A stretch of DNA of 64,000 bases from Actinomycetota bacterium (GCA_004366205.1 SIRW01000054.1:7990-71989); one strand, 5' to 3'; shown: positions 36,989-51,025, counted from the first letter of the stretch. Notes: generated by a model not told the origin, from the sequence alone. Made by a program: numbers and translations.

Positions 36989-38808
36989 TGAGCAAGATCG
37001 ACGACGTCTCCCTCGGGACGGTCCTGCGGGGGGTGCGCCGCTACCAGCCCTACCTGCTGGTGGTGGCGGCCGTGCTGCTCGTGGTCGCCTTCACCCCGGG
37101 CACGCCCGGTCCCGACGAGCAGGCCGTCGGCACCGTGGGCGACGGGCCCGGCGGGGCCGGATCCGACGTCGTGACCGGCGACCGCGACTGGGACCTCGAC
37201 GGCGACGGCGAACCCGACGACCCCGACCGGGCGCGGACCGGGCCGGGCGCCGGCGCCGGACCGCGCGGCGGCGGGGGGCGGGGCGGCGCCGCCGGTCAGG
37301 ACGGCGAGGAGGCCGTCCGCCAGCGGGCGGCCCAGGGCGGCATGGTCGCGAACTGCGACCCGGCGACCGGGCGGATCGCCATCCCCACCCGCCACGCCCC
37401 GCCGTGCGTGCCGGCCCACACGGGCGACAACGGAGGCGCCACCTACCAGGGCGTCACCGGCGACAAGATCCGCGTGGCCGTGTACCTCGCCCAGGGCAAC
37501 CCGGCGGCCGATGCGATCCTCGCCGCCGCCGGCGCCGACGACGACCGCGAGGAGGTCATCGCCCAGCACGAGCAGTACCGCGAGTTCTACCTGGCGCACT
37601 ACGAGCAGTACGGGCGCGACGTCGAGCTCGTCTACATCGACGGCAGCGGCCCCGCCGAGGACGACGCCGTCGGGCGCGCCGATGCCCGCCGGGTGATCGA
37701 CGCGGGGGTGTTCGCCTCGATCAACGCCCCCAACAACGCCTACGTGGACGAGCTCGTGGCTCGGGGCATCATGTGCTTCTGCACGGTGTCGCTGCCCGTC
37801 GAGTTCTACCACCAGCGGGCGCCGTTCGTGTGGAGCACGCTGATGGCCTCGACCGAGGCGTACGTGCACCGCGCCGAGTACGTGGGCAAGCGCCTGGCCG
37901 GCCGCCCCGCCGAGCACGCCGGCGACCCCGTGCTGGCCACCCAGGAGCGGCGGTTCGGCCTGCTCTACTACGAGACCCCCGCCGGCGAGTACAAGGCGGG
38001 CATCGACTTCTTCGAGCGCGAGCTGGCCCGCTACGGCGTGCGCCTCGCCAACCGGCTCGCCTACGAGGGCTTCCCCAACATCGCCGCCACCCAGCAGCAG
38101 GCTCGCCCGCTGATCCAGCGGATGATCCAGGACAACGTGACCTCGATCATCTTCGCCGGCGACCCCTTCGGGCCGATCTTCTTCACCCAGGAGGCCACCC
38201 GGCAGCGCTACTTCCCCGAGTGGATCATCACCGGCTCGGCGCTCACCGACACGAGCTTCTTCGCCCGCACCTACGACCCCGCCCAGTGGCGCAACGCCTT
38301 CGGCGTGTCGATGCTGTCGGCCCGCCTGCCCGAGGCCCAGAGCGAGACCATGCGCCTGCTGCAGTGGCACTTCGGCCGTGGGCCCGAAGCCGAGGGGACC
38401 TACGGCGTGATCCGGGGACCGTGGGAGAACTTCTACCGGGGCGTGCACCTGGCCGGGCCGAACCTGAACCCGGGCACGTTCCGCGACGGGATGTTCAACG
38501 CTCCGCCGTCCGGCGTCGGGGGCATCACCAGCCCCCAGATGTCGTTCGGTCGCCACGTGTGGCCGTGGGACAACTACCTCGCGTTCGATGACATGACCGA
38601 GATCTGGTGGGACCCGCAGGCCCGGGGTGAGGACGAGATCGGCAACGACGGCATCGGCCTGTACCGCTTCGTCGAGATGGGCCGGCGCTACCTGCCGGGG
38701 CAGTGGCCCGACGGCCCGCCGCGCGCCTTCGACCCGGCCAACACCGTCACGATCTACGACCAGCCGCCCGAGGCCGACCGCTGGCCGGAGTACCCGCCGC
38801 CGCGCTGA
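36988..38808 (+). CDS. membrane-anchored periplasmic-binding-protein-like component (putative substrate-binding protein)
   Basis: ATG overlaps the upstream TGA (TGATG). It has an N-terminal TM (YLLVVAAVLLVVAF) and a Gly/Asp-rich linker. The body of about 450 aa loosely resembles a type-1 PBP (GDKIRVAVY...GRDVELVYIDG). Family assignment is by context. Confidence 0.55.
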   Translation: MSKIDDVSLGTVLRGVRRYQPYLLVVAAVLLVVAFTPGTPGPDEQAVGTVGDGPGGAGSDVVTGDRDWDLDGDGEPDDPDRARTGPGAGAGPRGGGGRGGAAGQDGEEAVRQRAAQGGMVANCDPATGRIAIPTRHAPPCVPAHTGDNGGATYQGVTGDKIRVAVYLAQGNPAADAILAAAGADDDREEVIAQHEQYREFYLAHYEQYGRDVELVYIDGSGPAEDDAVGRADARRVIDAGVFASINAPNNAYVDELVARGIMCFCTVSLPVEFYHQRAPFVWSTLMASTEAYVHRAEYVGKRLAGRPAEHAGDPVLATQERRFGLLYYETPAGEYKAGIDFFERELARYGVRLANRLAYEGFPNIAATQQQARPLIQRMIQDNVTSIIFAGDPFGPIFFTQEATRQRYFPEWIITGSALTDTSFFARTYDPAQWRNAFGVSMLSARLPEAQSETMRLLQWHFGRGPEAEGTYGVIRGPWENFYRGVHLAGPNLNPGTFRDGMFNAPPSGVGGITSPQMSFGRHVWPWDNYLAFDDMTEIWWDPQARGEDEIGNDGIGLYRFVEMGRRYLPGQWPDGPPRAFDPANTVTIYDQPPEADRWPEYPPPR

Positions 38809-38815
38809 CCGCCGG

Positions 38816-40024
38816 TCAGCGGCCGCGGGCCTGCGGGTCGTCGAGGGGTATGAGCTCGCCGCCCTCGACGGCTCGCAGGCGGCGGGCCAGGGCCACGAGC
38901 TCGCCGGGCTCGACGGTGCCGTAGACCCGCACGAAGGCACCGCCACCCAGGTGGGTGCGCACCAGCGGCCCGAACGGCGTCAGCAGGACCTGGACGCGCC
39001 CGAGCTGGCCCGCCGCTCGCTGCTCGCCGCCGCGGTCGTCGAACGGCGCGCCGCCGCCCAACGTCGAGCCCTGCTCGACGACGAGCAGGTCGGGGCCGCG
39101 GGTGAGCACGTCCATGACCGACGCCACGCGGTCCCCCCGCCGCAGCGGGTCGGTGAACGCCTCGGTCTGGGGAGGCACGACCGCGTAGCGGCCGCCGTAC
39201 CGCCAGCCGGCAGGTGGCGCGTCGAGCTCCCAGAAGACCCCCGGCGCCCGGCTGCCCTCGGCCAGGCGCTGCACCGAGCCGCCTCCCTGGCCGACCGGCA
39301 CCGTCTGATCCCCGACGGCGAAGCGGTCGCCCGCGAGCTCGACGTCCTCGTCCACCGCCGTGGCGACCCTTCGCAACAGGGTACGACCGCCGGCGACGAG
39401 CACCTCCTCCAGCACGAGCCCGGCCTCGTCGATGCAGGAGTCGGCCCAGTCACCACCGCCCGCGTCAGCGGGGGCGGGCTCGCCGACCGGCCGGAGCACC
39501 GATCCCGCCGACAGCAGCTCGGCCGACCGGTACACCTGGCAGTCGCGGCCGGCGACCCGCCGGCGCTCCCGGGGCTGGAGGGCGCCGGCTTCGACGGCGG
39601 CGTCGAGCACGGCGTCGACCCGCAGGTCGGACACGGCGACACCCGGGGGCAGGGCGAGCACCGATCGCTGACCCGCCTCACCGGCGGCGGCGATGCGGCC
39701 GAACGTCGTGGTCTGCACCGAGACGGGCGCGCCCTCGACCGTGTCGCCGTCGCGCGTCTCGAGGCGGCTGTCGAAGGGGCGGCGCACCTCGAGCACGTCG
39801 GTGCTCACCACCCGCCGGTCGGCGGGGCCGCTCTCGACGCGGTGAACGATGCGGTAGCTCGCCGGCGTGCGGGTGATGGCGAGGCGCGGCCCGCCCGCCT
39901 CGGCCACGAGCTCGGAGCCGGCCCGGTGGTCGTCGCCGCCGCTGGGACGCACGACGAGCGCGGCGACCACGAGGGCGCCGAGCGCGAGGGCGACGGCGAT
40001 CAGCAGGGTGGGCCGGCGGGTCAT
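38816..40024 (-). CDS. membrane-anchored hypothetical protein
   Basis: ATG at 40024 (MTRRPTLLIAVALALGALVVAALVV = signal/anchor). The extracytoplasmic region of about 375 aa has no motif I recognise. The rest of track ORF 38816..40921 overlaps msrA out of frame. Confidence 0.55.
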   Translation of the reverse strand: MTRRPTLLIAVALALGALVVAALVVRPSGGDDHRAGSELVAEAGGPRLAITRTPASYRIVHRVESGPADRRVVSTDVLEVRRPFDSRLETRDGDTVEGAPVSVQTTTFGRIAAAGEAGQRSVLALPPGVAVSDLRVDAVLDAAVEAGALQPRERRRVAGRDCQVYRSAELLSAGSVLRPVGEPAPADAGGGDWADSCIDEAGLVLEEVLVAGGRTLLRRVATAVDEDVELAGDRFAVGDQTVPVGQGGGSVQRLAEGSRAPGVFWELDAPPAGWRYGGRYAVVPPQTEAFTDPLRRGDRVASVMDVLTRGPDLLVVEQGSTLGGGAPFDDRGGEQRAAGQLGRVQVLLTPFGPLVRTHLGGGAFVRVYGTVEPGELVALARRLRAVEGGELIPLDDPQARGR

Positions 40025-40043
40025 GCCGGTCGGTGCGGCCGAC

Positions 40044-40691
<648 letters not shown>

Positions 40692-40763
40692 GCACCCACG
40701 CTACCTGCGCCCCGGCCGCGCCGTCCGTGCTGCTCCCCACCCCGGCCCACACACGCACACAAA

Positions 40764-40817
40764 CCGTTCTGGGTGGCCCCTGTCCCATCAGGGTGAGACC
40801 CGCGCCACCCAGAAGCG
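40764..40817. repeat. palindromic intergenic element, family 2 (copy A)
   Basis: TTCTGGGTGGC (40767-40777) pairs with GCCACCCAGAA (40804-40814). The interior carries GTGAGACC. It lies in the divergent msrA/aminotransferase intergenic region. Confidence 0.8.
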
Positions 40818-40856
40818 TAGGGCGCGGGGCGGACGCCGGCGTGGGAGGCTGGGGGC

Positions 40857-42239
40857 ATGGCCGGACACGACGAGCTCGACCTGCAGGCGGCCGCCCGCCG
40901 GCACCTGTGGATGCACTTCACCCGGCTGGGGGCCTACGCCGAGGCCGACGTGCGGATCATCGACCGGGGTGAGGGCTGCTACGTGTGGGACCACGCCGGC
41001 AACCGCTACCTCGACGGCCTGGCCGGGTTGTTCACCGTCCAGCTCGGGCACGGCCGGCGCGAGCTGGCCGAGGCGGCCGCCCGGCAGGCCGAGCGCCTGG
41101 GCTACGCCCCCGTGTGGAGCCAGGCCCACGAGCCTGCCATCCGGCTCGCCGCCCACCTGGCCGAGCTGGCGCCCGGCGACCTGAACCGGGTGTTCTTCAC
41201 CACCGGCGGGTCCGAGGCCGTCGAGTCGGCGTGGAAGCTGGCCCGGGCGTGGTTCCGGGCGACCGGCCAGCCCGGGCGCCACAAGGTGATCGCCCGCCGC
41301 ACCGCCTACCACGGCACGACGCTCGGGGCGCTGTCGATCACGGGCATCCCCGCCCTGCGCGCCCCGTTCGAGCCGCTGCTGCCGGGCGTCACCCACGTGG
41401 CGACCACCAACCGGTTCCGCTGCCGGCTGTGCGCCGGGTCGGCGGCCTGCACGCTCGAGTGCGCGGATGCCATCGAGGACGCGATCGCGTTCGAGGGGCC
41501 CGAGACCGTCGCCGCGGTGTACCTCGAGCCGGTCCAGAACGCCGGTGGCTGCCTGACCCCGGCGCCGGGCTACTTCCAGCGGGTGCGAGAGATCTGCGAC
41601 CGCCACGGCGTGCTGCTCGTCTCCGACGAGGTGATCTGCGCCTACGGCCGGCTGGGTCACATGTTCGGCTGCGAGCGCTACGACTACCTGCCCGACATGA
41701 TCACCACGGCCAAGGGCCTCACGAGCGGCTACTCGCCGCTGGGCGCGGTGATCTGCCGCGACGCGCTGGCCGAGCCGTTCCTCGAGGGCACGGCCAGCTT
41801 CGCCCACGGCCTCACCTTCGCCGGGCACCCGGTCAGCTGCGCCGTGGGCCTTCGCAACCTCGAGCTGTTCGCCGAGGAGGACGTGCTCGGCCACGTCCGC
41901 CGCCACGAGGACGGCTTCCGCCAGCGCCTCGAGGGCCTGCGCGACATCCCGCTCGTGGGCGACGTGCGGGGCGCCGGCTGGTTCTGGGCGCTCGAGCTCG
42001 TGCGCGACCCCGACACCCTCGAGCCGTTCGCCGACCCCGCCGAGCGCGAGGCGCTGCTGCGGGGGTTCCTCGCGCCCCGCATGGCCGAGGCGGGCCTGCT
42101 CGCCCGCGTGGACGACCGGGGTGACGCCGTCGTGCAGCTGTCCCCGCCCCTGGTCGCCGGCGACGCCGAGCTCGACGAGATCGAGTCGATCCTGCGCACC
42201 TGCCTCGCCGAGGCCCACAAGCGCTGCGTCGCCGGCTGA
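40857..42239 (+). CDS. class III (omega-type) aminotransferase
   Basis: Class-III PLP aminotransferase pattern, with the PLP-lysine context DMITTAKGLTSGY plus SDEVICAYGRLG and GLTFAGHP. Confidence 0.85.
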   Translation: MAGHDELDLQAAARRHLWMHFTRLGAYAEADVRIIDRGEGCYVWDHAGNRYLDGLAGLFTVQLGHGRRELAEAAARQAERLGYAPVWSQAHEPAIRLAAHLAELAPGDLNRVFFTTGGSEAVESAWKLARAWFRATGQPGRHKVIARRTAYHGTTLGALSITGIPALRAPFEPLLPGVTHVATTNRFRCRLCAGSAACTLECADAIEDAIAFEGPETVAAVYLEPVQNAGGCLTPAPGYFQRVREICDRHGVLLVSDEVICAYGRLGHMFGCERYDYLPDMITTAKGLTSGYSPLGAVICRDALAEPFLEGTASFAHGLTFAGHPVSCAVGLRNLELFAEEDVLGHVRRHEDGFRQRLEGLRDIPLVGDVRGAGWFWALELVRDPDTLEPFADPAEREALLRGFLAPRMAEAGLLARVDDRGDAVVQLSPPLVAGDAELDEIESILRTCLAEAHKRCVAG

Positions 42240-42247
42240 CCCTCGCC

Positions 42248-42296
42248 GTTTCCGGACGCTCGACGTCGCATGCGAGCGGACAGGGTCCAGAAAGCG
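42248..42296. repeat. palindromic intergenic element, family 1 (third copy)
   Basis: GTTTCCGGAC ... CATGCGAGC ... GTCCAGAAAGCG has the same architecture as 15560-15610. It also has an inner GCTCG/CGAGC stem. It lies between convergent gene ends. Confidence 0.75.
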
Positions 42297-42319
42297 TGGG
42301 CGGCTTGGGCGGAGGCGGG

Positions 42320-42697
42320 TCAGCCGCCGGTGACGAAGGCCCAGACCCGCTCGACCAGCCCGCCGGGCCGGTCGTCGGGGTCCTCGGCGCCGCTGTCGGT
42401 CACGGGCGCGACGGGCGGCAACGGCGCCGGCGCCGGCAGCAGGGCGTAAGCCTCCTCGCCGGGCATGACCAGGTTGTACTGCTCGCGGGCGATGCGCTCG
42501 ATCTCCTCGTCGGTCTGCAGCAGGCGAGCCCGCTCCTCGAGCGCCTCGCTCTGCTCGGTGAGCACGGCGAGCCGCTCGTGGGCGACGCGGATCGCCTCGC
42601 GCTGGGACAGGTACGTGCGCGTCGGGAACACGGCGAGGAACAGGATCGACACGGCCAGCAGCGATCCGAGCAGCGGCACGAGCCAGCGCAGGCGCAC
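42320..42697 (-). CDS. septum formation initiator (FtsB/DivIC family)
   Basis: N-terminal TM, a coiled-coil, and the IERIAREQYNLVMPGE block. Its position directly downstream of eno matches other Actinobacteria. Confidence 0.8.
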   Translation of the reverse strand: MRLRWLVPLLGSLLAVSILFLAVFPTRTYLSQREAIRVAHERLAVLTEQSEALEERARLLQTDEEIERIAREQYNLVMPGEEAYALLPAPAPLPPVAPVTDSGAEDPDDRPGGLVERVWAFVTGG

Positions 42698-42707
42698 GGT
42701 GCTCCCC

Positions 42708-44867
<2,160 letters not shown>

Positions 44868-44875
<8 letters not shown>

Positions 44876-46328
44876 CGGCCTTCACCTCCTCCCACAGCTC
44901 GTCGAGGGCGGCCGGGTCGAGGGCGGTGAGCGCCACCCCCCGGGCCTCGGCCAGCCGCTCGGCGGCGGCGACCCGGTCACGGAACTTGGCGGTGGCGCCC
45001 CGCAGGGCCGCCTCGGGGTCGATCCCGAGGTGACGTGCCACGTTCACCACGGCGAACAGCAGGTCGCCGAGCTCCTCGTCGGACGGCGCCGCGGTCAGCT
45101 CGGCGAGCTCCTCGGCGACCTTGGCGGCGGCGCCGCCGGCGTCGTCCCAGTCGAACCCCAGCGAGGCCGCCTTGCGCTGCACCTTGTGGGCGTAGAGCAG
45201 CGACGGGAGGTTGCCGGGGATGCCGTCCATGACGCTGGCGTGACCCTTCTCGGCCTTCTTGATCTGCTCCCAGTTGGCCATGACGCCCTCGGCGCTGTCG
45301 ACCTCCACGGCGCCGAACACGTGGGGGTGGCGGCGGACGAGCTTGTCGTGGATGCCGCGCGCCACGTCGGCGAGCGTGAAGGCGCCGGCCTCGGCGCCGA
45401 TGGTGGCGTGGAACACGACCTGGAACAGCAGGTCGCCGAGCTCCTCCTCCAGGTGGCCGAGGGCCGCTCCCGCGGCCTCGGGCGCCGCCAGGCCGGCCTC
45501 CTCGCCGGGCGGGAGCGCCTCGATGGCCTCGAGCACCTCGTAGGTCTCCTCGAGCAGGTGGCGGGTGAGCGTGCGGTGCGTCTGCTCGCGGTCCCAGGGG
45601 CAGCGCTCCCGCAGGGTGCGGACGAGCTCGGCGAAGCGCACCAGCTCGGCGCCGACCGGCGCTCCCAGCTCGGGGATCCACACCGACGTCAGGTGGTCGG
45701 GCTCGACGGCGCGGTCGAGGTCGGCCCAGGCCACCTCGGTGATCGCCTCGTCGGGCAGCCCGAGCCGCTGCAGGACGACCGCCGTGCGGGGTTCGGCGCC
45801 GTCGGGCACCGCCAGCTTGATCGCCGACAGCACGTCCCGGGTGTGGCAGTGGCTGGCCAGCAGCGCCCCGGTGTGCCCGGCGGCCTGCACGGCGAACTCC
45901 TGCCCGTCGACCAGCCGCACGCCGGCGGCGAGGGGGTCGACGCCCAGGCGCACCCACGCCAGGTCGGCGAACGACAGGGCAGGCAACACCTCGACCTCCA
46001 CCCGGCCGTCGGCCACGAGCAGCTCGACCGAGCGCTCGCCCACCCGGGGCGAGCCGGGCACGGCGTAGAGCACGGCGCCGTGCTCGCGTGCGGCGGCGAC
46101 GAGGACCTCGACGATTCGGGGGTAGACGTCGGCCTGCCGGTCGGCGGCGTCGTAGACGCCGTCGAAGGAGGAAGCGCCGTCGCCGAGCGCGGCCGCCGCC
46201 GGGTGCCGGCGGGTGCGCACGAAGCGGACGGGGTACCGGTCGAGGGCGTCGAGGGTGGCCCGGGTGAGCAGGTCGGGACCGGCGGGCCCCAGCCCCACGA
46301 CGGTGACCCGGCCCGACCCGCCGGCCAT
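44868..46328 (-). CDS. mazG: tetrapyrrole-methylase-domain / MazG nucleoside-triphosphate pyrophosphohydrolase fusion (YabN-like)
   Basis: N-terminal VTVVGLGPAGPDLLT methylase-fold. Tandem MazG repeats with EETYEVLEAIE and EELGDLLF motifs (x2). Confidence 0.8.
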
Positions 46329-47383
46329 CAGAGGTCGCCGGGACCGGGCGAGTCGGGCGCCGGCACCGGCGCCGGTGCGGGGCCCTCGGGGGGCTGGACC
46401 CGGCCCATCGAACCGGTGCCGAGCTCCTCGGTCACGACCCAGGAGCCGTAGCGGGGGTTGACGTCGATGTCGCCCTTGCTGGTGGCCTCGGACAGCCAGC
46501 GGCCGAAGGCCTCCTCAGCGTCGCGCCGGAGGCGCTGCTCGAGCTCGGCCTCGACCTCCTCGAAGGTGGGCATGCGGCGCTCGGTCACGAGGATGACGTG
46601 CCAGCCGAACTGGGTCTCGACGGGGTCGGACAGCTCGCCGCCGTCGAGCTCGAAGGCGGCGGCGAGGAACTCGGGCACGAGCGGGGCGTCGCGGTCGAAG
46701 CAGCCGAGCTCGCCGCCCTGGGCTGCCGACCCCGGGTCGAGCGACTCGTCCTCGGCGACGGCGGCGAAGTCCTCGCCGGCCTGGAGCCGATCGAGGACGG
46801 CCTCGGCCTCAACTTCGGTCTCGACGAGGATGTGGCTCGTGCAGACCTGCTCGAGGGCGTCGCTGCGCTCCTCGTAGTAGCGCCGCGCCGCGCCCTCGCC
46901 GACGACGCCCTCGGCCAGGCTGTCGTTCAGCACCATGAACAGCGCCTGCCGGCGCACCAGCTCGTCCTGGTACCACTCGGGGAACTCGCCGAAGATCTCG
47001 GGTCCGCCCGAGCCGCTGATCGTGGGCTCGCGCACCTCGTCGAGGTCGGCGTCGGTGACCTCGAGGTCCCGGCGCTCGAGCTCCTGCTCGATCAGGCGGT
47101 AGTAGATCTGCAGGCTCACGACGCGGGCGACGAAGGCGGCGTCGAAGGTGCCGTCCGACTGGCCGCGCACGGGCGTCTGGCCCTCGAGCGCGGCCAGGTA
47201 GGCGGCGTTGTTGCGGATGGCGGCCAGCTCGTCTTGGACCCGGCGGTCGCTGATGCGCTCGCCGTTGACGGTGGCGGCCGCCGGGTCGGTGATGGCGGCG
47301 CAGGCGGACGCCAGGATCGCCACGGCGCCCACGAGGGCGGCGAGGCTCAGCCGGGCGCGAGAGGGCGGGCGGGAGGTGCTCAC
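46328..47383 (-). CDS. parvulin-type peptidyl-prolyl isomerase lipoprotein (PrsA/SurA-like)
   Basis: GTG at 47383 forms a GTGA overlap with the mfd stop. Lipobox ILASAC and PpiC block SHILV...GGELG.F......FGWHVI. Confidence 0.75.
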   Translation of the reverse strand: MSTSRPPSRARLSLAALVGAVAILASACAAITDPAAATVNGERISDRRVQDELAAIRNNAAYLAALEGQTPVRGQSDGTFDAAFVARVVSLQIYYRLIEQELERRDLEVTDADLDEVREPTISGSGGPEIFGEFPEWYQDELVRRQALFMVLNDSLAEGVVGEGAARRYYEERSDALEQVCTSHILVETEVEAEAVLDRLQAGEDFAAVAEDESLDPGSAAQGGELGCFDRDAPLVPEFLAAAFELDGGELSDPVETQFGWHVILVTERRMPTFEEVEAELEQRLRRDAEEAFGRWLSEATSKGDIDVNPRYGSWVVTEELGTGSMGRVQPPEGPAPAPVPAPDSPGPGDL

Positions 47384-50300
47384 GAGGGGACCGATGCTAC
47401 CGACGGGTCCTCGGCGGGGACCAGTTGCCCGAGCAGGGTGATGAGCGCCTCGGCCGGGTTGACGTCTCTGGCCAGCGGGACGACCACCTGGGCCGCCTCC
47501 TCCTTGACCACGGCGCTCGGCGCGAGGCGCTTCAGCCGGACGGCGGCGCTGGCCCGCAGCCGCAGCGGTGAGATGCGGGCCAGCAGGCCGGGACGGGCCC
47601 GGTTGGGCGTCACGGTGATCTCGCGCACGCCGGTGCGGTGGCACTCGGCCCGCAGCCGGGCGACGCGCAGCAGGGCCTCGGCGGGCGGCGGGACCGGCCC
47701 GAAGCGGTCCTCCCACTCGCTGCGGATGTCGTCGGCCTCGGCGGGCGTGGTGACGCCCGCCAGGCGGCGGTAGGCGTCGAGGCGCACGTCCTCGCGGGCG
47801 ACGTAGTCCGCTGGAAGATGGGCGTCGAGGGGCAGGTCGAGCTTGACCTCGGCGGGCTCGGGCACGGGCTCGCCCTTCAGCTCGGCCACGGCCTCGGTGA
47901 CCATCTGGCAGTACAGGTCGTAGCCGACCGCGGCGATGTGGCCGGACTGGTCCTCGCCCAGCAGGTTGCCGGCGCCGCGGATCTCGAGGTCGCGCATGGC
48001 GATGCGGAACCCCGACCCGAGCTCGGTGGCCTCGCCGATGGTCTTGAGCCGCTCGTAGGCCTCCTCGGACAGGACGCGGTCGCGCGGGTGGAACAGGTAG
48101 GCGTAGGCCCGCTGCCCGGCCCGGCCCACGCGCCCCCGCAGCTGGTGGAGCTGGCCCAGCCCCAGCAGGTCGGCGCGGTCGACGACCAGCGTGTTCACGG
48201 TGGGCATGTCGATGCCCGACTCGATGATCGTCGTGCACACGAGCACGTCGTGACGGCCCTCCCAGAAGTCGAGCACGACGCGCTCGAGCGTGCCCTCGTC
48301 CATCTGCCCGTGGGCCACCGCGACCCGCGCCTCGGGGACGAGCTCGCGCACGCCGGCCGCGACCTGCTCGATGTCGGCGACGCGGTTGTGCACGAAGAAC
48401 ACCTGCCCCTCCCGCAGCAGCTCGCGGCGTATGGCCTCGGCCACGGCCCGCTCGTCGTACTCGCCCACGTAGGTGAGGATGGGCTGGCGCTCGGCGGGCG
48501 GGGTGTGCAGGAGGGTGAGGTCGCGGATGCCGGTGAGGCTCATCTCCATCGTGCGGGGCACCGGGGTGGCCGACAGGGTCAGCACGTCGACGTCGGCCCG
48601 CAGCTTCTTGATGCGCTCCTTGTGGTTGACGCCGAAGCGCTGCTCCTCGTCGACCACGAGCAGGCCGAGCCGGGCGAAGCTGACGTCCTCGGACAGCAGG
48701 CGGTGGGTCCCGATGACCACGTCGACCTCGCCGGTGCGAACCCCGTCGACCACGGCGCGCTGCTGGGCGGGCGTCAGGAACCGGCTGAGCACCTCGACGC
48801 GCACGGGGAAGCCGGCGAGCCGCTCGCCGAAGGTCTGGAAGTGCTGCTGGGCGAGCAGGGTGGTGGGCACGAGCACGGCGGCCTGACGGCCGTCCTGCAC
48901 CGCTTTGAACACGGCCCGGATGGCGACCTCGGTCTTGCCGAAGCCCACGTCCCCGCAGACGAGGCGGTCCATGGGCACCGGGGACTCCATGTCGGCCTTC
49001 ACGTCCGCGATGGCCTTGGCCTGGTCGGGCGTCTCCCGGTAGGGGAAGGCCTCCTCGAGCTCACGCTGCCAGGGCGTGTCCTCGGAGAAGGCGTGGCCGG
49101 GCGTGGTGATCCGCTTCTGGTAGAGGAGCACGAGCTCCTGGGCGATCTCGCGCACGGCCTTGCGCACCCGGCTCTTCGCCTTCTGCCAGTCGGCGCCGCC
49201 CATGCGGTGCACGGTCGGCGTGTCGCCGCCGGTGTAGTGGCGGACGAGGTCGATCTGGTCGCTCGGCACGTAGAGCTTGTCGCCACCCCGGTACTCGAGC
49301 AGCAGGTAGTCGCGCTCGGCGCCCCCGATCGCCCGCGTGACCATGCCGCCGTAGCGGGCGACGCCGTGGGTGTGGTGCACGACGTAGTCGCCGGGCTCGA
49401 GGTCCTCGAAGAACCGCCGGGCGTCGGTGCGCCGGGGCCGGGCCGGCCGGTGGGCGCGCCGGCGGCCGGTGAGCTCCCCCTCCACCAGCACGGCGAGGCG
49501 CACCCGCTCGAGGATGAACCCTCGCTCGAGCGGCTCCACGACGACGTGCAGCCCCGGCCGGGTGAGGTCACCGGTCCCGTTCTCGTGCACGCTGGCGGCG
49601 ACCCCGCCGTCCCGGAACGACGTGGCGATGCGCGCCGCCGTGCCCGCGCCGTCGGCCGCCACCACGACCCGGTACTGCTGGGCGAGCAGGTCGCGCACCT
49701 GGTCGACGAGGCGGCCGCCGTCGCCGACGACGGGTGGCCAGGCGCGAGCGGCGACTGCGGCCACGCCGGGGCCCTCGGGCGCGTTGGCGACGGACCACAC
49801 GGGTGCCGCGGTGCGGGCGAGCAGGCGGTCGAGCTCGACGTGCAGCCGGGGCAGGTCAGCGGACTCGCCGCCCGCAGCAGCCGCACCCCAGGTGGTGGCG
49901 AGCGTGGCGGCGAGGTCGGCCTCCTCGGCCAGGAGGTCGGCGGCCCGGTCGCGCATCCGCCGGGGCTCGACCAGCAGGACCAGGGCGTCGGGGGGCAGCA
50001 GCTCGACGAGCACGTGGTCGTCGGCGACGAGCCACGGCAACCACGACTCCATGCCGTCGAAGACCTGGCCCTCGGCCAGGCGCTCCCACTGCTCGCGCCC
50101 CCAGGGCTCGGCCGCCACGAGCGCGGCGGCGCGCTCGCGGACCTCGGGCGTGGGCAGCAGCTCGCGGCAGGGGAAGATCTCGACGCGCTCGACGTCGTCC
50201 CGGGACCGCTGGTCGGACACGGCGAAGGTGGTGAGGCGGTCGACCTCGTCGCCCCACAGGTCGATGCGCACCGGCGCGTCCGCGGTGGAGGGGTAGACGT

Positions 50301-50838
50301 CGACGATCGATCCCCGGACGGCGACCTCGCCCCGGGCCTCGACCTGGTACTCACGGCGGTACCCGGCGGCGACGAGCCGCTCGATGAGGTCGCCGGCGTC
50401 GAGGGTGGCGCCCGGGGCGACCACGACGGGCTCGACGTCCTCCACGTGGGGTCCGAGCCGTTGGATCAGCGCCCGCACCGGAGCCACGACCACGTGGGGG
50501 GCACGCCCGGGCGTCCGGAGCCGCCAGAGGACCCGCAGGCGCCGGCCCATCGTCTCCACGCCCGGGCTGACCCGCTCGAACGGCAGGGTCTCCCAGGCGG
50601 GGAAGCGCTCGACGGCGTCAGGACCCAGGTAGGCCTCGAGGTCCCGGGCGACCTGCTCGGCCGCCGTGGTGGTCGGGGTCACGACGAGGAGGGGACGGCG
50701 CGCCGACAGGTGGGCCAGGCCGGCCAGGGTGATCGGGCGGGCGGCTTCGGGCACGGCGAGGGTGGCGGCCGAGGCGCCGGCGACGGCCGCCAGGGCGGGC
50801 TCGTCCCGCAGCAGGGGTGGGAGCTGGCGTAGGGTCAC
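47380..50838 (-). CDS. mfd: transcription-repair coupling factor
   Basis: CarD-like domain ([14 protein letters not shown]), helicase motifs [17 protein letters not shown] and [11 protein letters not shown], and a TRG region. The start is set at GTG 50838; the track ORF allows up to 50961. Confidence 0.9.
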   Translation of the reverse strand: MTLRQLPPLLRDEPALAAVAGASAATLAVPEAARPITLAGLAHLSARRPLLVVTPTTTAAEQVARDLEAYLGPDAVERFPAWETLPFERVSPGVETMGRRLRVLWRLRTPGRAPHVVVAPVRALIQRLGPHVEDVEPVVVAPGATLDAGDLIERLVAAGYRREYQVEARGEVAVRGSIVDVYPSTADAPVRIDLWGDEVDRLTTFAVSDQRSRDDVERVEIFPCRELLPTPEVRERAAALVAAEPWGREQWERLAEGQVFDGMESWLPWLVADDHVLVELLPPDALVLLVEPRRMRDRAADLLAEEADLAATLATTWGAAAAGGESADLPRLHVELDRLLARTAAPVWSVANAPEGPGVAAVAARAWPPVVGDGGRLVDQVRDLLAQQYRVVVAADGAGTAARIATSFRDGGVAASVHENGTGDLTRPGLHVVVEPLERGFILERVRLAVLVEGELTGRRRAHRPARPRRTDARRFFEDLEPGDYVVHHTHGVARYGGMVTRAIGGAERDYLLLEYRGGDKLYVPSDQIDLVRHYTGGDTPTVHRMGGADWQKAKSRVRKAVREIAQELVLLYQKRITTPGHAFSEDTPWQRELEEAFPYRETPDQAKAIADVKADMESPVPMDRLVCGDVGFGKTEVAIRAVFKAVQDGRQAAVLVPTTLLAQQHFQTFGERLAGFPVRVEVLSRFLTPAQQRAVVDGVRTGEVDVVIGTHRLLSEDVSFARLGLLVVDEEQRFGVNHKERIKKLRADVDVLTLSATPVPRTMEMSLTGIRDLTLLHTPPAERQPILTYVGEYDERAVAEAIRRELLREGQVFFVHNRVADIEQVAAGVRELVPEARVAVAHGQMDEGTLERVVLDFWEGRHDVLVCTTIIESGIDMPTVNTLVVDRADLLGLGQLHQLRGRVGRAGQRAYAYLFHPRDRVLSEEAYERLKTIGEATELGSGFRIAMRDLEIRGAGNLLGEDQSGHIAAVGYDLYCQMVTEAVAELKGEPVPEPAEVKLDLPLDAHLPADYVAREDVRLDAYRRLAGVTTPAEADDIRSEWEDRFGPVPPPAEALLRVARLRAECHRTGVREITVTPNRARPGLLARISPLRLRASAAVRLKRLAPSAVVKEEAAQVVVPLARDVNPAEALITLLGQLVPAEDPSVASVPS

Positions 50839-51025
50839 GGGCGCACTCGCCGTGGGGGCCGGGCGCGCCGCGACGCCCGCCCCGGTGCCGGGGTGGTTCA
50901 CGGCACCGAGGCTACCCACCGGGGGTGACGGCGGCGCACGTTGCGGAATGGTTACGCCCACCGCGCGGATGTGTTACAACAGCGGCCGTCAGCTGGGTCC
51001 ACGACATCGCCTGAGGTCTCCCTCC

